From NCBI GenBank assembly GCA_963835575.1, contig CAWIGG010000002.1:1824001-1888000 (forward strand): a DNA stretch of 64,000 nt. The letters are read 5' to 3'. The notes beneath the pieces were generated by a model that saw only the letters and a list, made by a program, of their open reading frames with translations, did no database searches and was not told the DNA's origin. Positions 10,047-18,696 of this stretch are shown here, one piece after another (the stretch's first letter is position 1; every line of letters starts with the position of its first letter). The position numbers were made by a program, and so were the translations under genes. This stretch comes from an uncultured Spirochaetota bacterium (GTDB lineage: Bacteria; Spirochaetota; Brevinematia; Brevinematales; JAOACQ01).

Positions 10047-12438
10047 CGTTCAAAATTCTCAGAAAGGGGTTTGCCTGTTGTTTTTAACATCTGTGATTTA
10101 TCTTATTCTATCAAGTTGTACTATGAATCCCGGCGGCGGGGGCTCATCCGGATCCACCGGCAATAATAACGGCGATTCGGGAATTCAAAAGAGCTTTATC
10201 GCCATTCCCAACACTTACAAATACGGCCTGCCGTATATTCCATCACGCATGAACAATACACAGCTACTAGCAGAGTATAATGATTGGAAGGCTCATTATG
10301 TGGTCAGCACGGGTTGTCCAGGGGGCGCCCTGAGAGTCCAGAGAGATTCCTCGACAGGTAACGATACCGTATCCGAATCTATGAGCTATGGCCTGCTTCT
10401 GGCAGTCTATTTCAACGATCAGACCACTTTCAACGGCCTTTATAATTATGTGCTGGCTCATACCAATGGACAGGGGCTGATGCACTGGAGAATTGACCAG
10501 TACGGAAACAACATTGATGAAGTCGGCTATAATATTCCTGCCGGAACCCAGCATGGGTATTTATTTACTAACGGTTCCGGAGTGCAAACCAATGCCGACG
10601 GCACTGTAGTACAAAGCAGCATTCTGGCCCAGGCAGCAGCAACACCGGTTCCCGCCGGCTACGGTCTTTATGAAAATCCCAGAGGCCGCACTTCCGCGAC
10701 AGATGCCGATGAAGACATAGCAGGTGCGCTTTGTATGGCTATCAAGGTCTGGGGCAGTGCTTACCAGGCTGCGACGCTTATGATGGTCAATAATCTGACA
10801 AATGATATGATGCCGGGATGGCTGCATGGAGATAAACAGGTGTTCCTGGGGGCCGGCGATTATGATAACGGCCCTGGAGCGTTCGGAACCTGGGGCGGCT
10901 ATACAGCCGAAGGCAATAAAGCCGGATGGGATCCTTCCTATTACACCCCCCAGTGGTATCCTATATTCAAGTTTGTCAGCGGCAATGCGATATGGGACCA
11001 ACTGACAAACATTATGTGGCAGCAGTGCGCCATTGTCGGACAGGCCAACAACGGCACAGGCCTTTTCCCCGACTGGTGTGACACATCTGCAAACATTTGC
11101 CAGCAGACCGTGTTAGCCAGCGATAAAGGCCCGCAGGATTTTGCATTCTACTACGACGCCGTACGCGTTCCGTGGAGAATGTCTATTGCTTACAGCTGGT
11201 ACAGCGATCCGGCAGCCTTTAATATTGCCTATCAGAATGCGACTTTCTTCGAATCCCTGTTTTACGCCGGCAATATAAAAGACGGCTATACGATCACAGG
11301 AATACCTGTTAACACACTTTCCTCCGCTCAGCAGCAGGCCGTGTACGGCGCCGGCAGCGTTCCCAACTTTGATTCCACGCCGATGGCCCAGGACGCCGTA
11401 TTCCTTTCTATGATCGGATCGTCGGTCCTGCCCTTTGCCCAGCCTTCCGGGAATCTTGATTATGCCAACAGATTCTACATTGCCATTACAAACAGTAAGG
11501 TCCCTTATACCAATCCCTACGGACATTATTTCGGCAACACCCTGCGCCTTCTGGCGCTTCTGTACCTCAACGGGGAATTTGTGAATTATTATGATACGAA
11601 CAATTATAAAACCGCGACAGTCAATCCCATACCCGGCACTGTGAATATCGAGGATTACGTCAACACAGGCAATATAAATTACTTGACAAACCTCGGCGGA
11701 ATCGCCGCTGCCTGTCAGGGTACGGGAAAAACCCTCAGTTATATGGTCAGCAATACCTATGCCGCCTCCCAATACGGGCTCTATCAGATCGTCTACACAG
11801 TTTATTGCTATCCCGTCTCATCAAGTCCGGGCTTTTCCTACGATCCTCAGTGGGTCACACTCACTGTAGATAGTTTATTGCAGGCTGAAAGTCATGGGAA
11901 CGGGGTTTTAAACGCCTGGGCCACAGTGACCAATATTGTACTGATGACTCCGGGAGTTCACAACATCACTCTTGGAATCTGCCCAAATCCGGGCTGGTTC
12001 TCCGCCAACTTTGGAATAGGGTCGATGCAGTTCACATACCTGGGCGTTCCTTCCATAGTTTCAGCTACGGGAATGCTTAATCTGACAAATTACGCTTATA
12101 TCAACAATGCGAGCACGACAACTAACACGATGAGTTTTGGCCTGTATAATCGTTCCGGACAGTTCGCGGCCTATGTCCTTAATGTACCCGGAATACCGGG
12201 CGTAACACCGGCCAAGAACTACACCGTCAGTTTTTACGGCCTCGGCGTAACTTACCATGGTGCGACTTTCACTTCCTGGTATAATATGTCGACATCAACC
12301 TCGACGTTCATTGATTATTCATACAGCGGTTCGGGCACTCCGCCTTTTGTCAGCGGAACGATATCCCTTAATCCCGGACTGCAGGTATTGGTGATATCAT
12401 CGGGAGCGCAGATGATCTCCAACGTGTCTATCAAATAG
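10033..12438 (+). CDS. Glycoside hydrolase family 8 lipoprotein with C-terminal CBM-like domains (paralog 2)
   Basis: TVSESMSYGLLLAV, ATDADEDIAGAL, YYDAVRVPWR; lipobox ILSSC; GGAGGT before ATG 10033. Confidence 0.88.
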   Translation: MTDKTVQNSQKGVCLLFLTSVIYLILSSCTMNPGGGGSSGSTGNNNGDSGIQKSFIAIPNTYKYGLPYIPSRMNNTQLLAEYNDWKAHYVVSTGCPGGALRVQRDSSTGNDTVSESMSYGLLLAVYFNDQTTFNGLYNYVLAHTNGQGLMHWRIDQYGNNIDEVGYNIPAGTQHGYLFTNGSGVQTNADGTVVQSSILAQAAATPVPAGYGLYENPRGRTSATDADEDIAGALCMAIKVWGSAYQAATLMMVNNLTNDMMPGWLHGDKQVFLGAGDYDNGPGAFGTWGGYTAEGNKAGWDPSYYTPQWYPIFKFVSGNAIWDQLTNIMWQQCAIVGQANNGTGLFPDWCDTSANICQQTVLASDKGPQDFAFYYDAVRVPWRMSIAYSWYSDPAAFNIAYQNATFFESLFYAGNIKDGYTITGIPVNTLSSAQQQAVYGAGSVPNFDSTPMAQDAVFLSMIGSSVLPFAQPSGNLDYANRFYIAITNSKVPYTNPYGHYFGNTLRLLALLYLNGEFVNYYDTNNYKTATVNPIPGTVNIEDYVNTGNINYLTNLGGIAAACQGTGKTLSYMVSNTYAASQYGLYQIVYTVYCYPVSSSPGFSYDPQWVTLTVDSLLQAESHGNGVLNAWATVTNIVLMTPGVHNITLGICPNPGWFSANFGIGSMQFTYLGVPSIVSATGMLNLTNYAYINNASTTTNTMSFGLYNRSGQFAAYVLNVPGIPGVTPAKNYTVSFYGLGVTYHGATFTSWYNMSTSTSTFIDYSYSGSGTPPFVSGTISLNPGLQVLVISSGAQMISNVSIK

Positions 12439-12458
12439 CGATACCCCCTTTATAAAGT

Positions 12459-12516
12459 AAAGGCAGGGCTGCCTCCGGCCGGGAAACCGGTTCGGGAGGC
12501 AGGCCTGCCCTTTTTA
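12459..12516 (+). terminator. GC-rich hairpin/terminator after GH8 paralog 2
   Basis: ggcagggctgcctcc...ggaggcaggcctgccc followed by T-run. Confidence 0.7.
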
Positions 12517-12585
12517 ATTAATAGCAAATCCTGTTATTTTTTTTAGATTTGAATTTTATAATGAGTTCGACTAAGGAGGCCCAGC

Positions 12586-13665
12586 ATGTTCATTAAACCG
12601 GCAATCATGGCTCTTTTATTTTTTCTTTGCGGATGCAGTATCGCCCCCAATCCAGGCTCTGCGGGCGGCGGCAATAATTCGTCCGGCAGCTCCGCTCACA
12701 ATTATAATATCGCGACGGCTGTCGGCAGCGGAAACCCCGGCTACAGCGGAGATAACGGTTCAGCATCCTCGGCGCAGTTCAACGCGCCCTACGGGGTTTT
12801 TTCCGACCCGGCCGGCAACCTTTATATCGCCGATTGCGGCAATAATGTCATCCGCAAGGTGTCGACGAACGGGATTGTCACGACAGTAGCGGGAAAAGGC
12901 TCTTCCGGCAATACCGGCGACAGCGGCCCGGCGACCAACGCCGAACTGTCCGGCCCCTCCGGCGTCTGCGTCGATTCCAACGGCGTCATTTATATTGCCG
13001 ACAGCGGGAACAACTCTGTCAGGAAAGTGGATACAAACGGAATCATCAGCACCATAGTCAGTTCATTGGATAATCCCATGGGTCTCTGTCTGGATAAAAA
13101 CGGAAATCTTTATATCTCCGATTATGGAAATTTTGTCATCCGCAAACTGAATCCTTCCGGCGTGCTCAGCGTCATTGCCGGCACTATCGGTACTCCGGGC
13201 TGCAGCGGGGATGGAGGCTATGCCGTTAACGCTCTTTTGGGAAACCCGCGCGGCCTATTTGCCGATAACGCAGGCAATCTCTATATCGCCGATTTCGGCT
13301 TTAACGTCATCAGGCTCATTAACCCGTCCGGGATAATTCATACCCTGTGCGGATCGGTGTCTTACGGCTACAGCGGGGATGGAGGAAAAGCCGTAAATGC
13401 CCGTTTATTCGCTCCCGGCGGAGTCTATGTTGATTCCGGAAACAATATATTCATAGCCGACACGGGAAATAACGTCATCCGGAAAATCGATGCCGCCGGT
13501 ATTATCACTACCATAGCCGGTACCGCCGGGACAAACGGCTACAGCGGCGATAACGGACCGGCGACAGCGGCCCTGATGAATTACCCAGTCTCTATCTGGG
13601 GTGACTCATCAGGCAGTCTGTATATCGCCGATGCCAATAATTACGTCATCAGAAAATTGTATTAA
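12586..13665 (+). CDS. NHL-repeat beta-propeller lipoprotein
   Basis: Lipobox LCGC; repeated GNLYIAD.GNNVIRK and GYSGDGG/GDNG units. Confidence 0.9.
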   Translation: MFIKPAIMALLFFLCGCSIAPNPGSAGGGNNSSGSSAHNYNIATAVGSGNPGYSGDNGSASSAQFNAPYGVFSDPAGNLYIADCGNNVIRKVSTNGIVTTVAGKGSSGNTGDSGPATNAELSGPSGVCVDSNGVIYIADSGNNSVRKVDTNGIISTIVSSLDNPMGLCLDKNGNLYISDYGNFVIRKLNPSGVLSVIAGTIGTPGCSGDGGYAVNALLGNPRGLFADNAGNLYIADFGFNVIRLINPSGIIHTLCGSVSYGYSGDGGKAVNARLFAPGGVYVDSGNNIFIADTGNNVIRKIDAAGIITTIAGTAGTNGYSGDNGPATAALMNYPVSIWGDSSGSLYIADANNYVIRKLY

Positions 13666-13680
13666 TTTAAACATCCATTA

Positions 13681-13714
13681 AAAAAAAGGCGGAGATTTTC
13701 ATCTCCGCCTTTTA
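13681..13714. terminator. Bidirectional terminator between convergent genes
   Basis: aaaaaaaggcggagat-tttc-atctccgcctttt. Confidence 0.85.
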
Positions 13715-14053
13715 TTATAAAACATCATCACCATGCTCGCTTGTCCTGACCCGGACAGCGTCCGTCACATCGCTTATGAAGATCTTTCCATCGCCGATCT
13801 GGCCTGTTTTCGCAATGGCGATTATGGCCTCGACAATCTTGTCGGCCTGGCTGTCTTTCACGACAATCTCTATCTTTATCTTCGGCACAAACTTGATGTC
13901 GTACTCGCGCCCCCTGAAAATCTCTTTCATGCCCTTCTGGCGGCCATGGCCCTGGACTTCAGTATAATTAAGTCCGGGATAGCCCAGTTCCCCAAGCTTT
14001 TCCACAACAGCGTCCAGCTTTTCAGGCCGGATGATCGCTTCTATTCTTTTCAT
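13715..14053 (-). CDS. glnK: P-II nitrogen regulator
   Basis: MKRIEAIIRPEKL, GHGRQKG T-loop, TGQIGDGKIF; adjacent to amtB; start moved to 14053 (AGGAG upstream). Confidence 0.93.
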   Translation of the reverse strand: MKRIEAIIRPEKLDAVVEKLGELGYPGLNYTEVQGHGRQKGMKEIFRGREYDIKFVPKIKIEIVVKDSQADKIVEAIIAIAKTGQIGDGKIFISDVTDAVRVRTSEHGDDVL

Positions 14054-14069
14054 AATCATTCTCCTTTTT

Positions 14070-15383
14070 TTATTCTTGCAGCTCGCCGTGAAGGGCCATA
14101 TCCAGCCCGGCCGATTCCACCTGATCGGTAACACGCAGTTTTATTCTAAAGACCTTCTCGATTAAAATCAAGATGAACAGGGTCCCCGCGACGGATAGCA
14201 CTATTCCAACGCCGGCAGAGATTAGCTGAACGAAGAACTGAGCCGGCCTGCCGTAGAAAAGCCCGGCCGCCCCGCCGACTATCGGATTGGCAAAGAGGCC
14301 CGTCAGGAGAATGCCGATCGTCCCGCTCACGCCATGAATACCGAAGGCGTCTAGCGAATCGTCATAACCCAGCGCTTTTTTGACGATCGCCACAAAAAAG
14401 TAAGTGCAGAGCCCTGCCAGGATTCCGATGAGGATCGCCGCCGGAATATCGACATAGCCGGAAGCCGGTGTTATCGTGGCAAGACCTGCCACAAGTCCGC
14501 TCGTCCCGCCGATGACGCTCGGCTTCTTGATCCTGATCCATTCGATGAGCATCCATGTAAGGGCTCCGAAAACAGCCGCAGTGTTTGTCACCATAAAAGC
14601 GCTTCCGGCAAGGCCTCCTGAGACAAGAGCGCTGCCGGCGTTAAACCCAAACCAGCCGAACCAGAGAAGCCCGGCGCCGATGAATGTCAGGACGATGCTG
14701 TTGGGCATCACAGGGTCTTTTTTGATGTTTTTTCTCTCACCCAGGTACAGCACGGCGACAAGCGCCGATACACCCGATGAAAGATGGACGACAAGCCCGC
14801 CGGCAAAGTCAAGCGTGCCCAGTCCCGGCGCGCCGATCAAATTTCCGAGCTTTGACAGCCAGCCCCCTCCCCAGACCCAGTGCGCCAGCGGTGTGTAAAC
14901 GATAAGCGTCCATAAAACAACAAAAACAATCCACGCGCCGAAATTCATTCTCTCAACAACAGCGCCGGAAATCAGCGCCACTGTGATGATGGCGAACATC
15001 ATCTGGAACGCCGAAAAGACAAATTCCGGTACCGAGCCGGAAACGCTGTCCTTTGTAATTCCCATAAACAGGAACTTATCCAGGTTCCCGATAATACCGC
15101 CGGTATCCTTCCCGAACGCCAGGCTGTACTGGAAGAGGATCCAGAGCGCGCTCACGATGACGGCCGCGGCAAAGCTGTAGTACATCGTTGAAAGAATGTT
15201 TTTCTTCCTGACCATGCCTCCGTAGAAAATGGCGAGAGCCGGCATTGTCATCAATAGTACCAGCGCGCTGGATGTCAGTATCCAGGCCGTGTCGCCGGAA
15301 TTGGCCGGCGCACCGCTCTGCGCGAACAGGCTGACCGAGCAGGCTGTAATAAATATCAATATCATTATTACCTTTTTGATCAT
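14070..15383 (-). CDS. amtB: Ammonium transporter
   Basis: DTAWILTSSALVLLMT, FQMMFAIIT, DFAGGLVVH, WFGWFGFNAGS, DDSLDAFGIHG. Confidence 0.97.
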   Translation of the reverse strand: MIKKVIMILIFITACSVSLFAQSGAPANSGDTAWILTSSALVLLMTMPALAIFYGGMVRKKNILSTMYYSFAAAVIVSALWILFQYSLAFGKDTGGIIGNLDKFLFMGITKDSVSGSVPEFVFSAFQMMFAIITVALISGAVVERMNFGAWIVFVVLWTLIVYTPLAHWVWGGGWLSKLGNLIGAPGLGTLDFAGGLVVHLSSGVSALVAVLYLGERKNIKKDPVMPNSIVLTFIGAGLLWFGWFGFNAGSALVSGGLAGSAFMVTNTAAVFGALTWMLIEWIRIKKPSVIGGTSGLVAGLATITPASGYVDIPAAILIGILAGLCTYFFVAIVKKALGYDDSLDAFGIHGVSGTIGILLTGLFANPIVGGAAGLFYGRPAQFFVQLISAGVGIVLSVAGTLFILILIEKVFRIKLRVTDQVESAGLDMALHGELQE

Positions 15384-15536
15384 ATATTCCTCCTTCTATA
15401 ATTAATAGCTTTTTTGAACAGACTCTCTATCAAATTAAACACAAAGAGCACCAAGAACACGAAGATCACAAAGAAAATTTGTTTTTATTAATATAAGCTG
15501 ATTTTATGTAAGATTTATATAATAATCATGTCCTTT

Positions 15537-15552
15537 ATCAAGAAATATGCCA
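15537..15552 (-). promoter_or_regulatory. Candidate sigma-54 (-24/-12) promoter of amtB-glnK
   Basis: Minus strand TGGCATATTTCTTGAT; correct spacing, but GA replaces GC at -12. Confidence 0.4.
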
Positions 15553-15900
15553 GAATGAAAATAAAATGAGGATTTTATAAAAATGATGAATAATCACTTC
15601 GGCTTGAAATGAAAAAATATTATAATTGATTATCTGATAAAGATTTGATTCGATTATATGCGATTAACTTATAATGATCATTCTATTTTGAAATTCTATT
15701 AAGAACTTAACAAATTAAATATCCTTTTGATTAGAAAATAAGCATGGTGAAAAATTGTGGCTAATGAATGGGCGGGGTTGATCTGATCCTTTTCAAGATT
15801 GCCACAGACACACAGAGAACTCAGAGATTTTTTCGATTTTTGGTTCCCTCCACGTACTGTGGTGAATAAAAAAAAGGGCTTTTGGAATAGCCCCATTTTT

Positions 15901-16563
15901 TTATTTCCTGTATGGTTTGATCAGCCCTTCATAATCATTTTTGACATTGCCCACGGCGCCGGAGACTTCATAAGAGTCCATTTCCTCGGAAGGGTACGGC
16001 TTTAAAAGCGAAGAAAGTTTTTCTCTGTCAAAAAAGCCCGTATTCAGCCAAAGATCGTAATCCCTTTCATTGAGAATAACCGGCATTCGGTCATGAAGGA
16101 TTTTCACAAGGCTGTTTGCCTGTGTGGTGATGATCGCGCAGCTTCTTATTTCATTGCCGTCCGGCGGCGTCCATGTGTTCCAGAGCCCGGCAAAAGCGAA
16201 CGGTTTTTTATTTTTCATAAAAAAATAATACGGCGTTTTCTTTCCGCCGGAAGGTTCTTTCTTCCATTCATAAAAACCGTCCGCGACGATAAGGCACCTG
16301 TTTTTTTCAAAAAGCGAATAAAATGTCTTTTTATCGATCAGGGTATCATCCCGGATATTGATAAGGCCGCAGCCCTTCCGGACAGACCATTCGGTAATAA
16401 TGCCCCAGTTAAAGAGTACAAGCTCTCTCTCGTCAATCTTTACTACTGCCTTAATTTTATCCGACGGGGCATAATTGAACTTAAACTCTTGAGAACTGTC
16501 CTTCGGCTTTGCTTTAAATTGATCTTCAATCTTTTGCGAAAACTGGGCAAACCGTCCGCACAT
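15901..16563 (-). CDS. SOS response-associated peptidase (SRAP, YedK/HMCES family)
   Basis: N-terminal MCGRF, RCLIVADGFYEW, FAFAGLW, HDRMPVIL. Confidence 0.95.
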   Translation of the reverse strand: MCGRFAQFSQKIEDQFKAKPKDSSQEFKFNYAPSDKIKAVVKIDERELVLFNWGIITEWSVRKGCGLINIRDDTLIDKKTFYSLFEKNRCLIVADGFYEWKKEPSGGKKTPYYFFMKNKKPFAFAGLWNTWTPPDGNEIRSCAIITTQANSLVKILHDRMPVILNERDYDLWLNTGFFDREKLSSLLKPYPSEEMDSYEVSGAVGNVKNDYEGLIKPYRK

Positions 16564-16727
16564 AATTGCCTCCTTCTTAATGATTTTTTTAATTGCGGCA
16601 ACCGTTGAGAGGCAGACTCATGATAAATTAAATTTATAAAAATTTCCACAAGAGATACCCGCTTATTCTTTGATTTAATCGGCTTTGTATTGTAAGATTA
16701 TTCTGTAAACTCTCAGGGGAGATTTTC

Positions 16728-17378
16728 ATGATAGAAACAGGCAAAACGCATTCGGGCAAGGGCATTCTCCTGATTCTCTTCCTGCTTCTGCTTTCCGGGG
16801 CGGCGGTCTGGCTTATCAACACTTCTCTGAAAAATAAAAAAATCGATCTCGAAAAATCGCTTGCATCCATGAAATCCGAATTTTCATTCGCTGAAATCAA
16901 AGTCATTCATAAGACCAATGATAAAATCCGTTTTAATCTGAGGCTTCTCAGTATTGAAGGCGGCTCAATTCTGGAAAAATCTTATGAACTGGCGGGAAAC
17001 GATATTTTTATAGAATCAAAAGTGGTTGTTATAGAAATCCATGGAGATAAAAAATCTTTTGTGTTCCCTTACAGCCTGTATACTGATAGAATCCCTCCTC
17101 AAAAAGGTGAATCTCTCATTAAGTTTTATACGGAAGGCGGGTTTCCACAAATTTATAAAACCGCACAGGCTGATGAATCTTATACTTTTACAATCCAGAA
17201 GATTTTTAATTACGCTTTCAATGATGATGAGGAGCAAACAGGGTTTGGTATGGGGGAAAACAGTTTGAAAATGGACATATCGCTTCATCAAGGCGATTTT
17301 CACAGTTTCGAGGAAAATCTGACCTACCGCTGCACCGTCCATCCGAACGGGGGACTGGAACTAACGGAGGTAAAGTAA
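16728..17378 (+). CDS. Hypothetical single-pass membrane protein
   Basis: ORF with SD sequence and N-terminal TM; shares motifs with the next ORF. Confidence 0.7.
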   Translation: MIETGKTHSGKGILLILFLLLLSGAAVWLINTSLKNKKIDLEKSLASMKSEFSFAEIKVIHKTNDKIRFNLRLLSIEGGSILEKSYELAGNDIFIESKVVVIEIHGDKKSFVFPYSLYTDRIPPQKGESLIKFYTEGGFPQIYKTAQADESYTFTIQKIFNYAFNDDEEQTGFGMGENSLKMDISLHQGDFHSFEENLTYRCTVHPNGGLELTEVK

Positions 17379-18269
17379 ATGGAGAATCTAAAAGCCATAC
17401 AGAATCTGGAAGGCGCAATCAACGCGTTTCTCGGCCTTATCGGACCTATTGCCGGCATAGCCGGATTTCTTTTCCTGACTGTCTGGGGCTGGCTTATAAT
17501 CGGGACCGCCCTGCTCCTCCTGATCATCAGAAAATCAAGGAATAAGGAAGGCCGCTTTTCATTCGGAAACTTATTCGGGACACTGTCCGAACTCTTATTT
17601 TCTTTTTATTCCAATATCACTTCCGTCATCATAGGGCTTATCCTTCTTTTCTTTATGTCATTTGTCTATTCGGTTTTGAAAGACCTCTCCGGCAGCCTCA
17701 CTCTCTACCGTGAAGTGAAAATGCTCGAGGCGGCCCTTAAAAATTTAAAAACCGAACGAAAGATCATGGAGCTGAGGGCCGGCCCGAAAATGGAAGGCGA
17801 AGACAGGAAGATCCAGGTTAAAATAAAATTTTACGCCTATTCACCGGCAAAAGATGCCGACATCGCAGCCGGTGATGCGGAATACATTATTCCCGGCAGG
17901 CGGCTTTTTGCCGATTTCGGCGTTTTTAATTTTGATTATTCGCTTATTGAGAAAGGCCTTGCGAAAAACATAGCCTTTCCTTACAGGCTTTACAGCGACA
18001 GTCTGAGCCATGAAAACGGAGAGAGCATTTTTTTCCGGAAGGATGCCCTCCCTTATACTTTCAGCCTTGATGAAAAGGATATTTATATTCTCGACAGGAA
18101 TGATTACCAGACGGAAATATTTAAAATAATCTCCGCGGTCACAAATGAATCCGCGGCCCATAAACTCGGCGTTCGGACAAGCTACGGCGAAGCCTTCGGC
18201 CTGGTGCCGAACCCTGAACGGACTTATACTTTTTATTCAACAGGGACCGGAGGAATCATCGTGAGATGA
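17379..18269 (+). CDS. Hypothetical membrane protein, paralog-like to the upstream gene
   Basis: ATG directly abuts the upstream TAA; N-terminal TM segments; FPYRLYSD motif. Confidence 0.72.
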   Translation: MENLKAIQNLEGAINAFLGLIGPIAGIAGFLFLTVWGWLIIGTALLLLIIRKSRNKEGRFSFGNLFGTLSELLFSFYSNITSVIIGLILLFFMSFVYSVLKDLSGSLTLYREVKMLEAALKNLKTERKIMELRAGPKMEGEDRKIQVKIKFYAYSPAKDADIAAGDAEYIIPGRRLFADFGVFNFDYSLIEKGLAKNIAFPYRLYSDSLSHENGESIFFRKDALPYTFSLDEKDIYILDRNDYQTEIFKIISAVTNESAAHKLGVRTSYGEAFGLVPNPERTYTFYSTGTGGIIVR

Positions 18270-18305
18270 GATTTGATTTATTCTATTGTTCACTATAAAA
18301 TTAAA

Positions 18306-18590
18306 GCAGTTACAAAACTTGTTGTGTGGTTCGGCAGCAGACTGTGTGAAAAGTCGGTGTTTTGCATCGTAATTCTATATTTTTCGTTCCGTAACTTCAA
18401 TAAATACGTGGCGAAAAATAGTTTTCACACAGTCTGCAGGCTCACCAACCAAGTTTATCGAACCAACAAATGTTTTGTAACTGCCCGGTAGTAAAAAAGC
18501 TTAAAATTAATGTAAAGGGCGCTGCCGCGTTTAGTATGCACAGCATACGCAGCGGCAGCAAGTTTCAGCACTACAGCGGTGGTTCCAAAG
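18306..18590. repeat. Composite REP-like palindromic element (related copy at 59081-59235)
   Basis: gcagttacaaaacttg...caaatgttttgtaactgc followed by ccgcgtttagtatgcacagcatacgcagcggc...ggttccaaa. Confidence 0.8.
18338..18436. mobile_element. 99-bp MITE with 15-bp perfect terminal IRs and CAG target duplication
   Basis: cagactgtgtgaaaa ... ttttcacacagtctg; CAG at 18335-18337 and 18437-18439; non-coding. Confidence 0.8.
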
Positions 18591-18696
18591 TTTTTTAAAT
18601 AATGTTTATATAAAAATATTACAAAATATAAAGTGGTCATTGGGACCGCCTGTTAATAAATAAAGAGCGTTTTGTGTTAATAATCGGGAGGGAAGC

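Noticed and set aside
14054..14134. N-terminal extension of P-II in the track
   Set aside because: Overlaps the amtB 3' end; the canonical start with SD is at 14053
15901..16563. SRAP gene as a prophage or mutagenesis-cassette marker
   Set aside because: No phage, umuDC or imuABC genes nearby
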